Below are positions 1-9,192 of a stretch of DNA of 64,000 nt, one piece after another. Source of the stretch: Candidatus Woesebacteria bacterium (lineage in GTDB: Bacteria; Patescibacteriota; Microgenomatia; Woykebacterales; 2-01-FULL-43-14); contig JAGVAV010000002.1 of the NCBI GenBank assembly GCA_020060105.1, positions 6,186 through 70,185 of the forward strand, read 5' to 3'. Under the pieces are notes generated by a model. It did no database searches, was not told the origin of the DNA, and saw nothing but the letters and a program-made list of their open reading frames with translations. The position numbers were made by a program, and so were the translations under genes. Numbering within the stretch: position 1 is the stretch's first letter; each line of letters opens with the position of its first letter.

Positions 1-1652
1 AAGGCGTAAGCCTTTTGATTCCCTCTTCCAACTCTTCCTCTAAGTTGATGAAGATCCGCTAAGCCAAAATTCTGAGCGTTATTAACAATAATAGTATTAG
101 CGTTAACAATGTCTAGACCACTGCTAATAATATTTGTACAAATAAGTATATCAATCTGTTTACTAAGGAAATTATCTATAACTTTTTCTAACATCGTTTC
201 TTTCATTAGCCCGTGAGCAATTTCTACTCGTGCTGTGGGAAACAACTTTCGCACTAAGCTCAGCTCCTTTAAGATATCCTTAATGTAGTTACTGACATAA
301 AATACCTGCCCTCCCCGAGATAACTCTCTTAAAACAGCTTCTCTTAGAACATCTAAATCCTTTGGGCCAACACGCGTTTCAATCGGAAACCTTCCCAAGG
401 GAGAGGTATTTATTACTGAAACTTGGCGAATTTTAGTTAGAATCATTTGAAGTGTTCTGGGAATAGGAGTCGCGGATAAAGAAAGTACATCCACCTCCGG
501 GCGGATTTTCTTAAATCTTTCTTTTTGAACCACACCGAAGCGATGCTCCTCATCAATTATCAGTAAACCCAAATTTTTAAAACGAACACCGGAAGAAAGC
601 AAAGAATGAGTTCCAATCACGATATCTACCTGACCCTTAGCCAAACTTTCAACAACCGACCGTCTTTCATTAAGGTTTTGAAACCTAGATAAGACCGAAA
701 CCCGAACAGGAAAATCTCTTAACCTTTCTTTAAACACATGATATTCTTGTTTTGCCAAAAGAGTTGTTGGCGCCAGTACGGCCACCTGGTAATTATCTTG
801 AACTACCTTAAAGGCCGCCCGAACGGCTAATTCTGTTTTTCCAAAACCAACATCCCCAACTAAAATTCGATCCATCGGTACGATCCCATCCAAATCTTTT
901 TTTATCTCCACTAAAGACTTTTCTTGATCGAAGGTTAGTTGGAATGGAAAGCTATCTTCTAACTGCTTTTGCCATACGGTATCTGGAGAATAAGGCTTCC
1001 GCCTGGTATTTTCCCTAGTCGAGTAAATAAGTACCAAATCCCTAGCAATCTCATGCACAGAGTGCTTAACTCGGCTCTTTATTCTCTCCCATGATTCCGA
1101 ACCTAGATAACTCAACGAGGGAGGTTTATTTGAAATTCCCACATATCTGGTTACCCTATCTAACTGCGAAATCGGAACGTATAACTTATCTTCTTTTGCG
1201 TATTCAATTGCTAAATTACCTCCCCCTAAATCTTCTGAATCCACAACGCCCAAAAAACGACCCACCCCATAATCAACGTGGACAATAAAATCCCCAGGGT
1301 AAATATCAGATAAAATAACCCTATCATCCACGTTTCCTCTTTTCGTCCGATTTACCTTCTCGGATCTAATTGTTCTAAAGGGAATAACGTAAATCTCAGG
1401 GAGTTCCCGCGTCCCTTCAGGAGTATCCACCCCTAATAGCCATATTTTCTCTATCTTGTCCCCTAAAAAATCTAGTCGAGTTGGGCTGCGGTACCTCTCC
1501 AGCCACAAATCTATTACGCCACCTCTCACCGCAAAGTCACCCACCTCACAAACCTTTTCCTGGCGTTGGTAACCCAATCCCAAAAGCCGCTTTATAAGAG
1601 TGTTGTAATCAAAATTGTCCTCTTTCTTGATAATCAAACCATTATTTTCCAT
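1..1652 (-). CDS. mfd: Transcription-repair coupling factor Mfd. The N-terminus is in the window; the C-terminus runs off the window start. Short N-terminal region before helicase motif I.
   Basis: Minus-strand translation starts MENNGLIIKKED... at ATG 1652..1650. Helicase motif I (GDVGFGKTE) is only about 280 aa from the start. The gene lies directly downstream of pth, which is the conserved pth-mfd arrangement. Confidence 0.8.
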   Translation of the reverse strand, partial: MENNGLIIKKEDNFDYNTLIKRLLGLGYQRQEKVCEVGDFAVRGGVIDLWLERYRSPTRLDFLGDKIEKIWLLGVDTPEGTRELPEIYVIPFRTIRSEKVNRTKRGNVDDRVILSDIYPGDFIVHVDYGVGRFLGVVDSEDLGGGNLAIEYAKEDKLYVPISQLDRVTRYVGISNKPPSLSYLGSESWERIKSRVKHSVHEIARDLVLIYSTRENTRRKPYSPDTVWQKQLEDSFPFQLTFDQEKSLVEIKKDLDGIVPMDRILVGDVGFGKTELAVRAAFKVVQDNYQVAVLAPTTLLAKQEYHVFKERLRDFPVRVSVLSRFQNLNERRSVVESLAKGQVDIVIGTHSLLSSGVRFKNLGLLIIDEEHRFGVVQKERFKKIRPEVDVLSLSATPIPRTLQMILTKIRQVSVINTSPLGRFPIETRVGPKDLDVLREAVLRELSRGGQVFYVSNYIKDILKELSLVRKLFPTARVEIAHGLMKETMLEKVIDNFLSKQIDILICTNIISSGLDIVNANTIIVNNAQNFGLADLHQLRGRVGRGNQKAYA

Positions 1653-1717
1653 TTTAACCCCACACAAAAATTCCCCTAAGGATCTATAGGGGAGTCTAGG
1701 AAAAACTTCATATCTAG

Positions 1718-2191
1718 TTATTCATTTGCCCAAGTAACTGCTCTTTCAACTGCCTCTTTAATCGCTTTATCTAAAACTGGCCTTTCCTCATCGCTGAAAT
1801 TCTGTAAAACGTAGTTTTCGGCGGCCACGGACTTTTCTGGCCTACTAACACCAACCCTAAGTCGAAAAAAGGTTTTGTTATCAAGAGAATTAATGATAGA
1901 TTGCACTCCATTATGACCAGCGCTAGAACGGTTTTTTTGAAGTTTTACTTTTCCTAAAGGCAGATCCATATCGTCGTGAATCACCAACAAATCGTCTAGG
2001 GAAATTTTGTAAAAACTAACCGCTTTCAAAACATCCTTACCAGACTCATTCATAAAAGTTTCAGGTTTTAGTAACAAAGCATTAGACAAGAAAGAAACCT
2101 TTTTTAGCTCTTCCAGGACTAAATAACCGACATTATGTCTCGTTTTGGCGTATTGTGAACCAGGGTTACCTAGACCGACAATTATCTTCAT
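1718..2191 (-). CDS. pth: Peptidyl-tRNA hydrolase
   Basis: N-terminus MKIIVGLGNPG...TRHNVG is the Pth family signature. The gene sits upstream of mfd. Confidence 0.9.
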   Translation of the reverse strand: MKIIVGLGNPGSQYAKTRHNVGYLVLEELKKVSFLSNALLLKPETFMNESGKDVLKAVSFYKISLDDLLVIHDDMDLPLGKVKLQKNRSSAGHNGVQSIINSLDNKTFFRLRVGVSRPEKSVAAENYVLQNFSDEERPVLDKAIKEAVERAVTWANE

Positions 2192-2673
2192 TACCCCACT
2201 ACCTCAGGTAAATGCTCCTTAACCTTTTTCACTATTTCCCGTTGAACCTGCGCCATCACTACAGATTCTTGAGGTTTTTGATGATCGTGTCCCAATAAAT
2301 GTAAAACACCGTGAACTAGTAAATCAGCCAATCTTTCTTCTACCAAAACGTTATCTTCGGCAGCTTGAAGTAACGCTTGAGGATAAGAAATTACTACATC
2401 CCCCAGATTTAAAATTTTGAAATCTGGCGGGTTTACAAACTGCTTCTTACCCTCAGCCAAAGAAAACGAAAGAACATCCGTCGTGTTTTCCACCCCTCGA
2501 TACTGTTTATTAAGCTTTTTCATTTTTCGATCCCCAATCACGCTAACCGTAAGGGCAATTTTTCCTTGAGCACCAACCGACTCTAAAGCAATCGTTGCTA
2601 CGTTACGCAGCAGAGCTCTTTTAACAGGATAGTGGGGTTCGATAAAAACTTCAACTTGATACATTTTAGCCAC
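2191..2673 (-). CDS. ybeY: rRNA maturation endoribonuclease YbeY
   Basis: HGVLHLLGHDH zinc-binding motif; size about 160 aa. Confidence 0.88.
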   Translation of the reverse strand: MAKMYQVEVFIEPHYPVKRALLRNVATIALESVGAQGKIALTVSVIGDRKMKKLNKQYRGVENTTDVLSFSLAEGKKQFVNPPDFKILNLGDVVISYPQALLQAAEDNVLVEERLADLLVHGVLHLLGHDHQKPQESVVMAQVQREIVKKVKEHLPEVVG

Positions 2674-2854
2674 GCGAGGACTTTGAGAGCTTACGCCTTC
2701 TCGCTATCTGATCACGCTTGCGAACTACTGAAGGTTTCTCATAAAACTCTCTCTTCTTTAATTCTGTAAGAATACCGTCAGATTGAACCTTTTTATTGAA
2801 TTTTCTAATCAACACTTCTATCGATTCGCCTTCTTGCGCCCGAACTACAGTCAT
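2666..2854 (-). CDS. rpsU: 30S ribosomal protein S21
   Basis: MTVVRAQEGESIEVLIRKFNKKVQSDGILTELKKREFYEKPSV...RKR matches S21. The ATG at 2854 is chosen over the longer track ORF (2932) because the N-terminal extension has no homology. Confidence 0.8.
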   Translation of the reverse strand: MTVVRAQEGESIEVLIRKFNKKVQSDGILTELKKREFYEKPSVVRKRDQIARRRKLSKSSRG

Positions 2855-2873
2855 AAATAGTAAACACCCCCTC

Positions 2874-3191
2874 TCAACGATCCCCCAGTAAATGCCAATG
2901 TAAGTGGGGGACATGTTGGTATGATCCTCCATTAATTATCAAACGATAACCCGTTTTGTCAAGACCATTCTTTATAATAAACCGCTGCATTAATTTAATC
3001 ATCCCTTCTATAATAACCATATCAGCGTCTTGAATATCTAAAAAGGTAGGAATATGCTTCTTGGGAACGACTAGAAGGTGAATTGGAGCTTGAGGATGAA
3101 GGTCGTTCAAAGCAATAATCTTCTCATCCTCATAAAGAACATCCGCCGGCACTTCTCTTTTTGCAATTTGACAAAAAATGCAATTGCTCAT
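2874..3191 (-). CDS. HIT-family (histidine triad) nucleotide hydrolase
   Basis: CIFCQI N-terminus and HLHWHLL histidine triad. Confidence 0.85.
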   Translation of the reverse strand: MSNCIFCQIAKREVPADVLYEDEKIIALNDLHPQAPIHLLVVPKKHIPTFLDIQDADMVIIEGMIKLMQRFIIKNGLDKTGYRLIINGGSYQHVPHLHWHLLGDR

Positions 3192-4092
3192 TCCTTCTCC
3201 TTTTTAAACTTTCTAAGCAGCTATACGGTATCTTAAGATAAACATTTTCTAAACCCAGTTCTTTTCCAATGCCTCCGCAGCCATGATAATCAGAGCCTCC
3301 GGTAACTATTAAATCTAAGTTTCTCGCCTGATCAGTAAAATGCGTGACACAGGTTCTTGTTTGATCATCCGACACCCGGTAAGTCAAAACTTCTAAGCCA
3401 TCCAAGCCAAACCTTTTTAACTTTTTTAAGTAAAAATCTTGATTAAAAACTAAACTCTCGTTCTCCACTGTTACTAAATCCCAAGCAGGATGAGCCAAAA
3501 CAGCCACTCCTCCTAATGAATGGATTGTTTCTATCGCTTCCTTTACATCAAAACCTTCTTTGGTAACGTAAGCAACCCCATCCTTCGTAAGGTAACGACC
3601 AATAAAATTCCCTACACTCGGAACTAGCCCAAAATCTGCAACTAGCTTGACCTCGTTACTTTTGTTTCTGATAACCGCCTCGGCAATGTGAGGTAAAACA
3701 ATTGATCCAAAGGCTAAGCCTCGAACCTCCTCGTAATCTATCTGAAAACCGCAAGAATTTAAATTTTTAATTATTGCCTTCGCTCTTTCTTCCCTCTTCC
3801 ACTGGAAATATCTTAATTTTTTCTGAAAAGAAGCCTTATGATAATCCAAATAGTAACCTAAAATGTGAAATTCCTTTTCCTGGTCATAGCAAGAAAATTC
3901 ACATCCTGGAACCACCTCAAGACCAACCCTTTCTCCTTCTTTTAATCCCACGTCCAAACTATCTACGCTATCATGATCGGTTATTCCCAAAGCTTTTAAA
4001 TTAGCTTCTTTGGCTTTTTTTATCAGCTCAACAACACTCAAACCGCCATCAGAGGCAATCGTGTGTGTATGCAAATCAATATATTCTTCCAC
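3130..4092 (-). CDS. PHP-domain metal-dependent phosphoesterase (TrpH/YciV-like)
   Basis: DLHTHTIASDG N-terminal PHP motif and HPAWD... motifs. The 3' end overlaps the HIT gene by 62 nt. Confidence 0.8.
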   Translation of the reverse strand: MEEYIDLHTHTIASDGGLSVVELIKKAKEANLKALGITDHDSVDSLDVGLKEGERVGLEVVPGCEFSCYDQEKEFHILGYYLDYHKASFQKKLRYFQWKREERAKAIIKNLNSCGFQIDYEEVRGLAFGSIVLPHIAEAVIRNKSNEVKLVADFGLVPSVGNFIGRYLTKDGVAYVTKEGFDVKEAIETIHSLGGVAVLAHPAWDLVTVENESLVFNQDFYLKKLKRFGLDGLEVLTYRVSDDQTRTCVTHFTDQARNLDLIVTGGSDYHGCGGIGKELGLENVYLKIPYSCLESLKRRRNEQLHFLSNCKKRSAGGCSL

Positions 4093-4144
4093 AATCTAAT
4101 TATACACCAAAAACATATAATTTGATATATTAACTATTAATTTG

Positions 4145-5395
4145 TCACAATCGATTTTTTAAAAACTTAGTAACTTCGTCTAAAGTGTAGTAAGAAATTT
4201 CACTTTCATGGCGCTTCTTCAGCTCAATTTTTCCTTTTGCCATGGTTCTATCACTGACTGCCAATCGAACAGGAACACCAATCAGATCAGCATCAGCTAA
4301 TTTAACCCCGGCAGACTCATCCCGAGCGTCAAGTAAAACTTCCACCCCCGCCTTAGCTAAATGTCGGTAAATCTTTTCAGCCTCTTTAACTACGTCTGGT
4401 TTAACACTGAGAGTAACCAAATGTGCTTGGTAGGGAGCAATCGAGGGAGGCCAGATAATTCCTTTCTCGTCGTGGTGAATCTCAACTACCGTTCCCATCA
4501 AGCGAGTCGTGCCAATACCGTAACTTGCTAAAAGCACAGGTTTCCTTTGGCCATGGATGTCTATAAAAAACACCCCCATTTGATCCGCATACTTTGAACC
4601 AAACTTAAAAATATTTCCCACCTCAATACTTTTTGACACTTTTAAAAAGTCTCTACAGCTTGGACAAGGGTCACCTTCCTTAAGATTAGTTATCTCGACA
4701 TTTTGGGCAAAGCGGCAACCAGGGCAATAAATAGTTTTATCTTCCCCCGATTCAGAAAGCACTTGAAATTCATGGGAATAATTCTTGGTAAATGTTCCTC
4801 CACTAGCTTCCACCATTAAAGCCTCTAACCCAACCCGATTAAAGATCTTTAAATAAGCTGTTTGAACCTTTTCGTAATAACGGTCTAAGTCTTGGACACA
4901 AGAATGAAAGCTGTAAAGGTCTTTCATTATGAATTCACGTCCCCTAAGTAAACCCGACTTGGCCCTAGGCTCGTTTCGAAACTTTGTTTGAATCTGATAC
5001 AAAGCAAAAGGTAAATCTTTATAAGAATAAATCCTTCTTCTGGCCAAATCTGCAATAATTTCCTCATGAGTAGTTCCCAGAGCAATTTCCTTACCGGAAG
5101 CATCTTTAATAATATACATTATTTCCTTTAAGGCTTCCCACCGACCTGTTTCTTCCCAAAGGCTGCGGGGGTGCAAGGCAGGCATAAAAAGTTCCTGCCC
5201 CCCAACACCATCCATTTCTTCCCGGATAACTCCGTGAATTTTTTCTAAAACTTTCCAACCTAAGGGTAGCTGGGTGTAAACTCCAGACATTAACTTATCA
5301 ACAAACCCGCCCCTAATCAAGTACTGGGCGTTTATGCTGATTTCTTCTTTTGGGGATTCTTTCAACGTTTTACCAAACAAATTCTCGTAACGCAT
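4145..5395 (-). CDS. proS: Prolyl-tRNA synthetase, short form without the INS editing domain. A CxxC...CxxC zinc-ribbon-like insert is present.
   Basis: Class II ProRS motifs and an overall match to ProRS. CPGCRF...CPSCRD occurs between motifs 2 and 3. Confidence 0.85.
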   Translation of the reverse strand: MRYENLFGKTLKESPKEEISINAQYLIRGGFVDKLMSGVYTQLPLGWKVLEKIHGVIREEMDGVGGQELFMPALHPRSLWEETGRWEALKEIMYIIKDASGKEIALGTTHEEIIADLARRRIYSYKDLPFALYQIQTKFRNEPRAKSGLLRGREFIMKDLYSFHSCVQDLDRYYEKVQTAYLKIFNRVGLEALMVEASGGTFTKNYSHEFQVLSESGEDKTIYCPGCRFAQNVEITNLKEGDPCPSCRDFLKVSKSIEVGNIFKFGSKYADQMGVFFIDIHGQRKPVLLASYGIGTTRLMGTVVEIHHDEKGIIWPPSIAPYQAHLVTLSVKPDVVKEAEKIYRHLAKAGVEVLLDARDESAGVKLADADLIGVPVRLAVSDRTMAKGKIELKKRHESEISYYTLDEVTKFLKNRL

Positions 5396-5439
5396 ACTCC
5401 CTCTAATATTAATTTATCAGAACAGCGGGTAATAAACAA

Positions 5440-6546
5440 TCACTTAAAAGGGATAAGTTGGGTAACTTTTTCGCCCAATGAGGTATTTAACCATAACCAA
5501 ATTATGTCTTGGTAGGTAATGAGAATAATTAAAAAGAGTAAAAACACCATACCAAAGGTGTGAACCCATTTTTCAAGCTTTAAGGGGACTTTCCTTCGGG
5601 TAATAAGCTCTGCGGTAATAAAAAGCAAACGACCGCCATCTAACGCAGGTAGCGGTAAGATATTAATAATTGCCAAATTTAGGCTTAGTAGGCCTAACAA
5701 CATTAACACGTTAACAAAACCCGATTTTGTCGCTAAGTGGGTAAAGTAAGCAATTCTCCCCAACCCCCCAACCTCTTCGGGAACTTCCTTTTCCACGAAC
5801 AGATCCCTCAACATCGTTCTTAAAGAGTCAACCATCAAACCAGTCGCTCTTAAAGCCTGATTAAAACCTACTACCGGAGCTTCCCAGATAGGAAACGACT
5901 TAGTAGCCACGTATGGATAAATCTCAATCCCCATCGATCCTTGACCCTGAGGTGGGTTTTCTCGGGGAGTAACTTTCAGGACTTCAAGCCTCCCCTCGCG
6001 TTCTACACTAACGGCAATCTCACTCCCAGCAAGTTTATCTGTTTTGTCACGTAAGTCCTCTGGGCCCCCTAACTCAACGCCGTTAATAGCCGTTATCACA
6101 TCCCCTTCCTTCAAACCAGAACTAAGCGCCGGGGAATCCTTAGCTACTTTCCCAATCAAAACTTTATCCGTCGGTAAGGGGCCGCCGATCACGTAAACAA
6201 CGGTTAAAACAGCTACCGCTAAGATAAAGTTCATTAGCACTCCCGCCGTAACCATGACGGCTCTTTTCCAAGGAGCTTGGGAAATAAAATTTCGAGGGTC
6301 CTTTGACGGTTCCTCTGAATCCTCTCCCGTTAATCGCACAAAGCCGCCTATCGGCAAGGCATTAACTGTGTACTCCGTCTCGCCTTTCTTTTTTCCCCAT
6401 ATCTTCGGCGGCAACCCGAATCCAAATTCTTCAACTTTGACCCCGAAAAACTTAGCCGATAGAAAATGGCCCAACTCGTGGATAAAAATTAACACTCCTA
6501 AAATTAAGACGAAGTTTAATCCGGTGTAAAGATACTCTGGGTTCAT
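5440..6546 (-). CDS. rseP: RseP-type site-2 protease (M50, with PDZ domain)
   Basis: HELGHF HExxH motif in the first TM, a PDZ segment, and LDGG motif. Conserved position next to proS. Confidence 0.88.
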   Translation of the reverse strand: MNPEYLYTGLNFVLILGVLIFIHELGHFLSAKFFGVKVEEFGFGLPPKIWGKKKGETEYTVNALPIGGFVRLTGEDSEEPSKDPRNFISQAPWKRAVMVTAGVLMNFILAVAVLTVVYVIGGPLPTDKVLIGKVAKDSPALSSGLKEGDVITAINGVELGGPEDLRDKTDKLAGSEIAVSVEREGRLEVLKVTPRENPPQGQGSMGIEIYPYVATKSFPIWEAPVVGFNQALRATGLMVDSLRTMLRDLFVEKEVPEEVGGLGRIAYFTHLATKSGFVNVLMLLGLLSLNLAIINILPLPALDGGRLLFITAELITRRKVPLKLEKWVHTFGMVFLLFLIILITYQDIIWLWLNTSLGEKVTQLIPFK

Positions 6547-6594
6547 AAAATTCCTGCTTAACCCTTAAAAACCTGAGAAAAACACTTTTTACGC

Positions 6595-7152
6595 TTATAA
6601 TTCCGCTAACTCTTTTTCTTTACTCTTACTAATTTCTTCCATTTCTTTCACTACTTTGTCAGTTAACACTTGAACTTTTTCCTCACCACGCCTCTTCTCG
6701 TCCTCAGAGATATCGTCATTTTTCTCTAACTGGTTAATTTTTTCGACTGCCTCTCTCCTAATTTGCCTCGCTGCTATCCGATGTTCCTCAATTTTTCCTC
6801 TAACTAATTTCACCATCTCTTTCCGCCTTTCCTCAGTTAAAGGAGGAAGGGGTATTCTGATAAAGTCGCCTTCCTTGATTGGATTTAGTCCAAAACCTGC
6901 TTGTTGAATAGCCTTAAGAATTTGAGGGGTGTTGCCCGCGTCCCAAGGCTGAACTGTCAGTAACCTCGGTTCTGGCGCAGAAATTGTGGCTAAATCTCTT
7001 AAGTTCATTAGTGAACCGTAAGCTTCTACCGGGGTATCTTCAATTAATGAAGGAGCGGCTCTACCTGTTCTAACTCTGGCTAGATCTGCCTTAAGATCCT
7101 GCAATGTTTTATCCATTTTTTTCTCAGCTTCGTTAAGTACCTGATTTACCAT
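6595..7152 (-). CDS. frr: Ribosome recycling factor
   Basis: RRF family sequence. The start is taken at the MVNQVLNEAEKKM ATG (7152), immediately after the tsf stop, rather than the longer track ORF. Confidence 0.85.
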   Translation of the reverse strand: MVNQVLNEAEKKMDKTLQDLKADLARVRTGRAAPSLIEDTPVEAYGSLMNLRDLATISAPEPRLLTVQPWDAGNTPQILKAIQQAGFGLNPIKEGDFIRIPLPPLTEERRKEMVKLVRGKIEEHRIAARQIRREAVEKINQLEKNDDISEDEKRRGEEKVQVLTDKVVKEMEEISKSKEKELAEL

Positions 7153-7153
7153 C

Positions 7154-7615
7154 TTATTCGCCCAAAGAATAACGAGTAAACCGACCAACCCGAATATTTT
7201 CGCCTGTTTTGGCAATAACTTCCGTCACCAAGTCTTGGACTGTCTTGTTTGGATCGCGGATGTAGGGCTGAGCTAAAAGCTCTTCAACGGAAGCAGGATT
7301 CATCGCCGCTACTTGCATCGCTGCTTCATGAACTAAATTCTTAAACTCACTCGTTCTCGCAACGAAGTCCGTTTCGCAATTAACTTCAATCAAAACTCCA
7401 ACTTTACCCCCAGCATGAATATAGCAGTCGACTAAACCTTGATTGGTAGCACGCCCAGCTCTTTTTTCGGCTGATACTAAACCCTTCTCCCTAAGTATTT
7501 CTTTGGCCCTTTCAACATCACCCCCAGCGGAAGATAAAGCTTGATGGGCATCAATTACCCCGGCCCCCGTGGCCTCCCGAAGTTGCTTCACTTTTTCTGT
7601 CGTCACCTCACTCAT
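7154..7615 (-). CDS. tsf: Elongation factor Ts (very short form, about 153 aa)
   Basis: VTTEKVKQLREATGAGVIDAHQAL...TDFVARTSEF matches EF-Ts. The start is taken at MSEVTT (ATG 7615..7613). Confidence 0.85.
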   Translation of the reverse strand: MSEVTTEKVKQLREATGAGVIDAHQALSSAGGDVERAKEILREKGLVSAEKRAGRATNQGLVDCYIHAGGKVGVLIEVNCETDFVARTSEFKNLVHEAAMQVAAMNPASVEELLAQPYIRDPNKTVQDLVTEVIAKTGENIRVGRFTRYSLGE

Positions 7616-8336
7616 TTTTCCCCTCCATTTCCGGCTTTGTTGATTTCTTTTCGTAAATAGCCCTTCCTTCATTAAAAGATTCAGCAATTGCCTTAACTAG
7701 AGTGTTAATTGATTTCAATGCATCGTCGTTAGCAGGTATCGGATAAGTTACTACTGTCGGGTCACTATTTGTATCAACAACGGCGACTGTGGGAACACCT
7801 GTCTTATTCGCTTCTCTTACCGCATTCTCCTCCCTTTTTGCGTCCACGATAAACAAAGCGTCCGGTAATTTATTCAATTCTCTAATTCCACCCACGAAAT
7901 CATTCAACTTCTCAATTTCTTTATCAATTAAGAGTTGTTCCTTTTTAGTATACTTCCCAAGCTCGCCCGACTTTTTCTTCTCCTCCAACTCGTTTAGCCG
8001 TTTGATAGTTCTTTGGACAAACTCAAAATTAGTCAAAAGGCCACCGGGCCAACGCTTTATAATAAACATGGCCCCAACCCTTTCCGCTTCCTGTTTAACA
8101 ATATCTTGGGCTTGTTTTTTTGTTCCCACAAAAACAACAACCCCACCTTTAGACGCTAAACTTTTTACAAATTCGTAAGCCGCTTCTAACCGTTGAACCG
8201 TTTGAGCTAAGTCAACGACATGGACACCACCACGCTGGGTAAAAATAAACGGTTTCATCTTGGGATTCCATCTCTTTGCCTGATGGCCAAAATGAACACC
8301 GGCTTCTAAAAGCTCTCTCATCGTTGGTAAACTCAT
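7608..8336 (-). CDS. rpsB: 30S ribosomal protein S2
   Basis: MSLPTMRELLEAGVHFGHQAKRWNPKM is the S2 N-terminus. A GGGAGG Shine-Dalgarno precedes the ATG at 8336. Confidence 0.92.
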   Translation of the reverse strand: MSLPTMRELLEAGVHFGHQAKRWNPKMKPFIFTQRGGVHVVDLAQTVQRLEAAYEFVKSLASKGGVVVFVGTKKQAQDIVKQEAERVGAMFIIKRWPGGLLTNFEFVQRTIKRLNELEEKKKSGELGKYTKKEQLLIDKEIEKLNDFVGGIRELNKLPDALFIVDAKREENAVREANKTGVPTVAVVDTNSDPTVVTYPIPANDDALKSINTLVKAIAESFNEGRAIYEKKSTKPEMEGKNE

Positions 8337-8418
8337 AAATTTAACCTCCCTTAAACCGCCACTTAGCACTATCTCTTGAGACAGGGAGAAAGCCAAGTGT
8401 GTGAAATAGATCGTTTGA

Positions 8419-8447
8419 ACTATACCATATGGTTTTTAACTTTGCAA
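8419..8447 (-). promoter_or_regulatory. Sigma70-like promoter for rpsB-tsf-frr: TTGCAA, 17 nt, TATAGT
   Basis: Minus-strand hexamers with a 17-nt spacer, about 75 nt upstream of rpsB. Confidence 0.5.
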
Positions 8448-8547
8448 CAGCCTTCTATAAATTCTTCTCACTTACCCCTCAAACTTCAGAGGAGTACGCC
8501 TTTTACTTTCACCTCACCTTGAAAGAGAAAATTTTTCCATAAAACGC

Positions 8548-9192
8548 TTACATACTTCTTAAATTCTTTTTCAACTGCTTATACTTCGGACTTTTTTTAA
8601 GAATATCAATTATTTCTTCTTTAACAATCTCTTTACTTCTCTCTCCGTCAACCACCTTAATTGACCTGGGATATTTATTTGCTAGAGCTTCGTAAACCTG
8701 CCAAACCTTCACTAACTTTTTCTCTTCTTCATATAACTCCACATCAAACCTATCTCGTTTTATCCGATTCATACAAACAGTGGGACTAACTCGGATAAAA
8801 AAAGAAATATCTGGGTAAATAAAGTACTTGTTTAACTCTAAAGCCCAGTTCGTATCAACATCCACAGAACCAAAAGCCACGGTTGACCAAGCAAAACGAT
8901 CTGTTATCACAACACTCCCACTTTTCAACATCGGAATAATTTCTCTAGATAAGTGGTGCCCCCGATCGGCCGCAAAGAGAAGTTGCAGCGATGTGGGAGG
9001 AAGACTTAAGGTGTTAGTTAACACCCCCCTTATCAAGCCACCTACCACATTATTGGTCGGCTCTTTAGTCGTGTATGTTCGGATTCCTTCTCTTTTCAAA
9101 AATTCCGCGATTAAAGAACATTGTGTTGAGGAACCACTCCCATCCAGCCCTTCAACATCAATAAATAAACCAGGAAATTCGTTTTTAACCAT
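8548..9192 (-). CDS. tmk: Thymidylate kinase
   Basis: EGLDGSGSST P-loop region, DRY/R lid, dTMP kinase family. Confidence 0.88.
   Translation of the reverse strand: MVKNEFPGLFIDVEGLDGSGSSTQCSLIAEFLKREGIRTYTTKEPTNNVVGGLIRGVLTNTLSLPPTSLQLLFAADRGHHLSREIIPMLKSGSVVITDRFAWSTVAFGSVDVDTNWALELNKYFIYPDISFFIRVSPTVCMNRIKRDRFDVELYEEEKKLVKVWQVYEALANKYPRSIKVVDGERSKEIVKEEIIDILKKSPKYKQLKKNLRSM

Noticed and set aside
1091-1288. Plus-strand 65-aa ORF inside mfd, and similar antisense ORFs inside long genes (3774..4004, 6254..6529, 7789..8178, 8828..9199, 9810..10013, 10094..10345, 11154..11561, 11574..12017, 12568..12888, 13510..13863, 15369..15722, 15951..16364, 24558..24785, 25340..25681, 26286..26546, 26561..26890 and others)
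   Set aside because: Each is fully embedded antisense, or out of frame, within a well-supported conserved gene. They have no ribosome-binding site and low-complexity translations.
8376-8389. Shared GACAGGGA / CUUGAGACAGGGA motif in the rpsB leader (8376), the rho palindrome (49765) and the 22821 region, considered as a common regulatory element
   Set aside because: Only a 7-9-mer is actually shared. A 7-mer is expected several times by chance in 128 kb of two-strand sequence, so this is not significant on its own.
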